DNA of 51,414 nucleotides from Perkinsus chesapeaki ATCC PRA-425 (Eukaryota; Protista; Perkinsozoa): NCBI GenBank assembly GCA_013115145.1, contig JAAPAO010000221.1, positions 1 to 51,414 of the forward strand, read 5' to 3'. Shown piece by piece: positions 44,318 to 51,414 of this stretch (position 1 is its first letter; each line of letters starts with the position of its first letter). The notes under the pieces were generated by a model. It saw only the letters and a program-made list of their open reading frames with translations, ran no database searches and was not told where the DNA came from. The position numbers and the translations under genes were made by a program.

Positions 44318-46371
44318 ATGAAGGACACTGCAAGGCTCCTTCTGGCTGCTGTTGTTTTCCTCCTTATCAATGCCAATCAACCTTCACAACCCATTCCCTC
44401 TCCTTGTCGCCCTCTTATGGCATGTAAAGGGAGATCTTGATAATATCTATCCACCGGTACTGATCTTAACGTATCTAACTTCCTTTATTTCATTCATTAG
44501 TCCTATAAGACCAATCCTATAGCGCGTCACGTCACAGTAACCGTGCTGCCCCAGACACCTACGGTCCTCACACTATCGGGTAGGACATCTCTAATAGAAG
44601 GTTGTCGAGTAATATTGCCAGGCCACGAGGACAGCAGTCGAGCTCTCGAGTACTACATTGAGTCACTTCCTGACCGAGGCTCCCTCTATGAGACATCACA
44701 GTCCTATAGATCATTTGGGGCAGCACCATACACTGCACCAGTGCAGCTGGAGGAGTACATGCTCCCGTTTAAAGTAAGAACATACCCATATGACGACACC
44801 CGATTGCCTTGGCTTTGTTGGGCCAATAGCACGGGCAGCTCGTTGCTCGCTGCCAACCAGATTTAAGATCATGTTCCGTCATCTGATAAACTCCCTCCAG
44901 ACGCCCCGGATGCGTTCGGGTAGTGTTGCTATAATACAGCGTCGTAAATGAGCAGTGCCTAAGGTCTTCCACATTTTTGCCCAGGTCACTGATGCCTACG
45001 CACGTATAGCCTATGTACCACCAACTGATATCGTGGATGATGTAGAAGGTGATGCGGACATCGTTTGCCGCCATCATCACCATCCGTGCATACTGTAGGC
45101 AGCTGGGCTCATGTTCACTATACAGTACGGGAGCCAGTTGCCAATATCATCAGCGACCCGGGGTGAGGCAGCGGCCTTGTAGGCTCTTCACAAGTGAAAC
45201 TTCAGAACGGTCATCTTCGCCAATGGCCGAGGCTTTGTCTCCTCCTCCGCATTCACCGAAGACTGCCAAGGATGGACCATTGAGGACAATGGCAATCAAG
45301 TAGGTTTATTATTGGTGATTATGTTGGTATTGCCGCCTATAGGTAACAGCACCAGAGCACCAGCCCTTTACTTTGGGCGTGCTTGATCGGTATGTCATCA
45401 CACGGTAATTCACCACCTGTCTTTTGAGCTCAGCAGGTATTGCCTCGGATATGATGATATTATGTACACTGACTTCACCGATGGCTCTGATAGGCTACAG
45501 TGGAAGTTTGTGGCACCACAGTTCAACCCTCTTTACAATCTAACTGGTGCGCTCCCTCCTCCTGCTGTCGGCTCCTCGAGGTTTGTGCTTAGCTTCGACG
45601 GTTTACCGGTCAGAGCACCTGAGAGGGGCATATGGCGGCCAGCTCACATTCACCGTTCGCAGCACCTACGGCGATTTTGCGCCCGATCTACTCAATAAGC
45701 AAAATATATGGTGGGGCGGCGCTAATGGGGAGCCAAAGCGTCAAACAGCCGCTGCCCTAGGGTCACTCTCGAGTGCGCCGTCTGCAACAACGACCGAGGG
45801 TTGAGGATCGTCCGTGAGACGCAGGTAAGAATGGCTTCGATGCCCATGGCTTGCGATGCTGTTGGTCAGGTAGGTGGCCTTACGTGGGACGGCAACGAGC
45901 AGACCGTTAGTCTGAGGCTTGCTACTGGGGAGAACTGGAAGAAGGATCCTCTCAATCTTGGTGCGTTGTCATCGTCGTCAGTCCCTTTTGGAGTGTATTA
46001 TCAAACAGCATTGCCCCTAACTGATGCCACCGAGTGCGAGATGGCTGCAGTGCTGTGGAAGCTGTCGAAGGTGAAGATTCTCGGTGACTTCACCAAAAGT
46101 GGGGAGGTAGCCTATCAGTGAACCTATCACCATTTAAGGGCTCATCAGGGCGTCGGCATCGATGACGTTTCCGTCTCACATGCCAACGCGGCACTGAGTG
46201 GCGCCTCTGCTGTGAACACCCCTTCTGCATTCCCGTTGGAGTGCCAGAAAGGATGCACTTGTCAGCATCATCCAGCAGTCCGCAGTATCAGGTACTTCAC
46301 CATATCCCCACATTGCTCTTCATGAGTGCATTGCCCAGCTTAGGTGCTGTGGATATACTGCCGGTGCATGA
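44318..46371 (+). CDS. Secreted protein with laminin IV (laminin B)-like domain
   Basis: Signal MKDTARLLLAAVVFLLINA; LQWKFVAPQF; GAYGGQLTFTVRSTYG; EMAAVLWKLSKVKILGDFT; Cys-rich tail ECQKGCTC..IR|CCGY. Confidence 0.62.
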
Positions 46372-46476
46372 TTTGTGTATTCAGTGTCCCCTCGTGACTC
46401 AGCCGTATTGCGTTCACATTTGTCCTCACCTGCGCCGTCTCCGTGTTCAAATAGTTAATGTTAGTGTGTAGTTGAA

Positions 46477-48070
46477 ATGATGGCAGCAGCCGAGAACATT
46501 CCTCCTGTCCACGATAATCTTCCTATCTCACCGCCCGAGGTAACGAGCGGTCATAGCTCAGTTACCGCCAGTCGGCTCCCTCCATAGGCATCAGATGTAA
46601 GGAGGCTCAGCAGCCTGGTAGTTCTGGCCGAGGCCAAGTGCCGCGATCTCGAAGTCGCCCTACAGTATGCCGGTGTCGCTGCGCCGCCTTGCCTGTGAGT
46701 TGGGAGCCATCAAGATACTCAGTACGGCTCAGCTCAGGGCCACGGAAGACGAAGAGGTTTCTCAGTCGGCTGCTGCGGAGGAGGAGGAGGAGCAAGATTC
46801 CTCCAGTACGATGCTATCATATACAGATGAAGGGTAGGCTGGGAAGGTCCCTACAGCACATACGTGGGAGTTGAACTAGGCGAGGTGGAATGGTGGCGAG
46901 CGAGAAGCTTGGTGGCATCGACGGAGCTGGCAGCAGCAGATGGTCGGAATTTGAAGGGCTCAAGTCCGCCAGCGAACTAAGACGGTTAGAAGAAGATGAA
47001 CAGTCGAGTACTGTAGACATCAGTAGGTGCTGCCCGAACTTGAGCCTGTCATTGTATCTTTTCTTAGGCAGCATAGCACCGATGCGTCGGGTAGAGCCTT
47101 CCGGAGCAGATGACTACTCGCGGTTGAGCCTAATGACCGGTCGGGAGGATCCACCCTTTAGTGATCTCACACCAGCAATCGAAAGGCTGCCTCAGCACCC
47201 AGCACATGCCCCTGCCTCTAAAAGGAGGTCGAGTGTGCCAGGGTTAGACAGCAGCTGTGTGTTAGAGACTTCTAGACCGCTTGCAGTCGGGATCAACAAT
47301 AAGCCCGCAAAAAGGCAGGCGAGCAGAGGGTAGGGGCCCCGCCGCCAGTGCATGTATGGACGCTACTAACAGTTTCTATTGTATTGAAGCTGATGATGGT
47401 GATTGCTCCGGCGGCGGAGGAGGGGCTTTGGCTGATACTTGGTTTGCTACTGGGACTAATGCTAATAGGTATGGCGGGGAACTCCGCCGGAGAGATATTC
47501 AATGGTCAGGCATTTGTCCCTTCGAACCCATCGACTTGGCCTTCTGCCCAGGCAGCAGCATAGTGGAGGTGGTGGGGCCCAAACCTCGAGGGCGGCCATC
47601 GAGCTCAACTCTTTGAATGCCTCAGTAGGCCTCTAATTAGTTCACCACAGCCTAGCATTGACTGTAGCAGGTTGCAGAGTTCCCGCGCCGAATGCAGTAT
47701 TCACGCGAAGCAGCAACAACTACCACTGCCAACCAACCAACACGGAGCCGCCTGAAGTTCGGGTAGCTTCCGAATAGGGAGAGGAGGGCTACCTTTAGTT
47801 CGACTATATCTCCCAGATATGAGCCTTCTGTTAGCACTGATGTAGCTCCTGGCCTAGAAACCTACCTTAAGCAAATTGGTAGCAGTTTCACGGCTAGGTA
47901 AGGAGGTCTTTGGCCAACCACAGTGAGCCTTGTATAGGTCAAACCATCACGGAAGAGCTAAGGAGTCTGGTGAGAACGAGTCTCCGAGCAGAGTACGCGA
48001 ACGTCTCCTATTCGAGATGATGAAGGTGTATGATGATGCGGCCCATAATGATGATTCAATTATCAATTAG
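46477..48070 (+). CDS. Hypothetical low-complexity (Ser/Glu-rich) multi-exon protein
   Basis: Consecutive GT-AG-bounded open segments (MMAAAENIPP.., ATEDEEVSQSAAAEEEEE.., ..RERLLFEMMKVYDD..N*). No family recognised. Confidence 0.45.
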
Positions 48071-48169
48071 CACGACTTGAGGCACGGTATCTTGTCACCA
48101 CTGCTTTCTAGCGCATGGACCAGCTTGAGTGAATGTAGAGTTAGAAAGAATATGTCGTGAATTAATCAT

Positions 48170-49199
48170 TCAATTGGTTCCCTTATTGAGCACGTCCTCT
48201 AAGAAGCACACTGTGGCTAAAGTGAAAGTGCGGAACTTGCGCACTGCGCAAGTTTGATCCTCGGATTCTATTGACCCTCGAGTTAAGAAACACGAAACAT
48301 CGGCGGTATCAGAAACTGTCGAAGCCCATGCATCATCGTATCTTTTCTGGAGGCCCGAAGAACCTATAACCAAAAGCCTTTGAAAAGGTCCATTGCCAAC
48401 AAGGTCCCCTACTCTTCGAGACCGTGCACAACCTTGAACCCTTCATCCATGAACATTCTCTCACAATTCTTCCCCTTATAAGCAGTCATCTCCAAAACCG
48501 GTCCAGGCTGTTTTGGTACAATGCTATAATACAATTGGCTCTGTTGGAAAGAGTACGGGAATGTTATTCGGCAAGATGCTCACATCCTTCAGATTGCTTT
48601 CCTCTCCCACCGCCTTCTTCCTCTCCGCATAGTCCCGTAGCCTCATAACGAACTCTCCAATGCGGCCAAGATTGTACCACCGGTGCTCTTCCGAGTTGAA
48701 TTCCTGCAATGTGGCAAAGCACCCCCACCAGTGCCCAAAACCAGCACTTTTACTACCAACACTATAAATTTGGTACCGTTATTAAGCTCCACATCATCCT
48801 CTCCTGTCCACTTCGGGACCATTTTAGCGATGCGAATAGCCTCTTGCTCGTTGCGCTGCTCCGGAGTGAGGTTCAAATTAAAAGAGTTTTTAGCATCTTC
48901 AAACTCTTGCCGCCGCTCTTCATCAGCCATCAGCCAAAAGTAGTAGCTCAGGCTGAACATGACAGCTGAAACGGTATCATAAATGGTCCGCCTCGCCCAT
49001 CGTAAAACCGGGTCGCCTCACATCGCCGCTCAACGTTACCATAAAATGCTATCTTTTGCTTTCCTTCTAGTCTTCCCCGGCGCGGATCACCCCCTTCCGA
49101 AGTGTCCGAAGAAAATCGCCGTGTAAAGGACGGTCCAAAGATCGTCATAAACGGTCTCGAAGCACCAACGCGAAGAACCGCCATTCGAGGGAGCAGCAT
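48170..49199 (-). CDS. Hypothetical protein with probable mitochondrial presequence
   Basis: Arg-rich, acid-free N-terminus MLLPRMAVLRVGASRPFMTIFGPSFTRRF|SS. Downstream exons YYFWLMADEERRQEFEDAKN.., WYNLGRIGEFVMRLRDY.. Junctions partly unresolved. Confidence 0.55.
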
Positions 49200-49379
49200 C
49201 TTTAATACAACAAAACCCAGCGAAGTAGCCTATGGCATCTTTTTCGATATTAACCAGCGACTAACTCAAGCAAGCTAACTTTCACAGCCGAGAGCGTTCA
49301 CTAAGACACTCTAATAATGCACCACCTCACACTTTATAATAATCAGATATGGAAATAATATTCATAACATATTTAAGAC

Positions 49380-50267
49380 TTATTTGATGGTTTGTGACAG
49401 GGAGCGTCCGAGCAAGGAAGCCTTTCTGCCATAACGGGCCAACTTCTTCTTTAACAAAGCCATGCCTTGGCAGACGATACTGCACGAACGTGTCACAGCT
49501 TCACTCTTAAGACGAGGATCGTCCGATATAGGATCGGCACCGCCGCCGATTATAGCCAACACACATCCAACCTTAACACCATATACCTGAGCCAGACTGA
49601 ATAACATGGCAACTTCCATTTCAGAAGCCAAGCATCCTAGATCTTCGAGGACTTCCATGTAACGTTTATGCTCAGGACCATAAGGACCGAACTTGAATTC
49701 TCGGGCCATAAGAGAATCCTTTGTGTGAACCGGACCAGCATCATAGATCCATTGAGCACCGTCTTCAAGCTTATCATCGTCCTCCTCGAGCTGGCGCTGA
49801 GCAGCATTGCACATTGCAGTGACAACAGTAGCCGAGCCGAGCGCTGGGAACTCGAGGGGCATGTAATGCCTAGTGGTACCCTCATCACGGACAGCACCAG
49901 TAGCGATAACGATATCACCGATACTAAGTGTCTTCTGCATAGCACCAGCAGTACCAACCCTAACGAGAACCTTAGCGCCAAGCTTTATCATTTCGGTAAC
50001 GATAATATCAACACTTGGTGCACCCATACCAGTTGAGATTACACCGATATCAACAACAGTACCGTCGGCTCCATCAAACTTGCCGATATAACCATCATGG
50101 CCACGAGGAGATGCAATCACTTGAAGGTCATGGAAGTAGGTCTCGGCAATTTGCTTAGCACGATCACGTGATCCAGGAAGGATCCAGAAACGACCAAGGC
50201 CACCATTACCGAGGCAATGCTCGTGAGTAACAGTTACATGATTGGCTTTAAAGTTAGGATCAGTCAT
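49380..50267 (-). CDS. Nucleoside phosphorylase, NP-I (PNP_UDP_1) family, uridine/hexameric purine nucleoside phosphorylase-like
   Basis: Intronless; likely start MTDPNF at 50267. Motifs ILPGSRDRA, STGMGAPS, RVGTAG, IATGAVRDEGTT, VHTKDS, ASEMEVAMLF. Confidence 0.9.
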   Translation of the reverse strand: MTDPNFKANHVTVTHEHCLGNGGLGRFWILPGSRDRAKQIAETYFHDLQVIASPRGHDGYIGKFDGADGTVVDIGVISTGMGAPSVDIIVTEMIKLGAKVLVRVGTAGAMQKTLSIGDIVIATGAVRDEGTTRHYMPLEFPALGSATVVTAMCNAAQRQLEEDDDKLEDGAQWIYDAGPVHTKDSLMAREFKFGPYGPEHKRYMEVLEDLGCLASEMEVAMLFSLAQVYGVKVGCVLAIIGGGADPISDDPRLKSEAVTRSCSIVCQGMALLKKKLARYGRKASLLGRSLSQTIK

Positions 50268-51275
50268 ATTGATAATAATAACAAAGGTTAGCCGACAACC
50301 TAAACGAAGATACAAACCTAAACATGAGTTGGGACAGATCCATATGAAACCGGTCGCGACACTTCTAGCAAACGATTTAAGAACCCTTAAGAGACGCACC
50401 GCTAAGCAAAACCCTCAGAACGGCCCTAAAAAGGGGAGACTGCAAGTATTAATGAGACGAGACTCAGATATGAGAAGCCTAGGATAAAATAGACCCTCAA
50501 CGGCAATGCAGTCGTTGAATATAATTACTAATTAGATGGAGGATGACCTAGTACACTGAGACGGACATCTACGAGTGGCCCTCAGCTACGGCAGCTGCTA
50601 AATAGCCAGATTAGGCCGGACGCTGGGAAATTTCTGAGGCGAGCGCCGACCGTTGTGCATGCGTGTGACCGCTAAGTCTTGGGTGCGGCGATATTACTGC
50701 ATCAGTAAATCGCCGAAGTGCTAACGTAAGAAAACTAGCGCAACTGCTGCCTTTTTATCTTGGAGCTCGTGCTTCGTCTCGCAACTACTTTATCGGCAAA
50801 CCGATGATGTTGTTTTCCTCGTTATCCAACCCGAGACTGTTTTATGAGTCTTGAAGTGTCCGAATGTTTTAGATCATGAGCTGTGTTCTAGTTGGGAGCG
50901 CGATGGGAGCACAAGGCTAATAAGAGTCTGTGCAGGAGACGGGAACATGCAGTTCGGATTCGAACGATACACAGGCAAGAACCGAGCGAAACCACGAACA
51001 TACCACGCGTGACCCAAGGCTTAATAATACTGGACTTGACGCTTGGGCGAAGCAAATCCGGAAACTGCGCTGAAAAGTAGACAGTTCTCTGTGTAATATG
51101 AACACCCTCACGAAAAAGACAGATCTTACGAGCGGCCACGCTAGGCTTAAGTGACGCTAGTAGAGCGCCATTGATTTGGATGCCCTTTAACACATCGTTT
51201 GATTGAGGTTAAGGATGGATAGTTCGTCGTATAGTGTTATTCTGCGCAGATTCTATTTTTATAAAGTCTATTAAT

Positions 51276-51414
51276 ATGGATTCAACCACTAAGCAGGCCA
51301 ATGACGGGTCGTCCGTTGACTCTGTCTCTAACGCAAGTGCTGTTTCTTCACTTCTTGAGGCCGCTTATGAAGGCGATATTAATCGTATGAAGGAGCTCTT
51401 GGCTAGTAACCCTG
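51276..51414 (+). CDS. 5' end of an ankyrin-repeat protein (truncated by window end)
   Basis: MDSTTKQ..SLLEAAYEGDINRMKELLASNP matches the ankyrin LxxAAxxGxxxxVxxLL pattern. Confidence 0.6.
   Translation, partial: MDSTTKQANDGSSVDSVSNASAVSSLLEAAYEGDINRMKELLASNP

Noticed and set aside
1-51414. CRISPR arrays, rRNA, intact transposase or reverse-transcriptase ORFs
   Set aside because: None seen; there are no regularly spaced repeats, and the DNA is eukaryotic and intron-rich.

Overview
This is compact eukaryotic genomic DNA with about 25 protein-coding genes and mostly 40-60 nt GT-AG introns. Intron style and gene content suggest a perkinsid alveolate such as Perkinsus (inference, not a database result). 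Genes lie in long co-oriented blocks: + about 0.8-23.1 kb, - about 23.2-34.0 kb, + about 34.2-48.1 kb, - about 48.2-50.3 kb, then +. Recognisable genes include two tandem GSTs, a CPA1 Na+/H+ exchanger, an EEF2KMT/FAM86-like methyltransferase, a tandem-BRCT protein, RRM and PDZ proteins, and a TRF4/TUTase-like nucleotidyltransferase. Also present are an Arp4-like actin, a RING/EF-hand protein, GAS8/DRC4, RPA3, a TMX3-like thioredoxin, a laminin-IV-domain protein, a PNP/UDP-family nucleoside phosphorylase, the start of an ankyrin gene, and three intact tRNAs (Thr-AGT, Thr-TGT, Val-AAC). Five signals stand out. (1) tRNA-related spliceosomal introns: both tRNA-Thr genes sit in introns with their Pol III T-tract just before the 3' splice site, and at least three short GAS8 introns are almost entirely tRNA 3' halves in canonical register. 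(2) A cluster of secreted 34-aa, six-cysteine peptide precursors in a toxin-like layout (CC-X5-C-X7-C-X8-C-X-C), with a decayed copy. (3) Two tandem secreted-protein genes built from four copies of a domain I do not recognise. (4) A large gene with KNL1/Spc105-like architecture. (5) A mosaic, gene-conversion-like GST pair. All gene models were spliced by hand and are approximate; no database searches were run.
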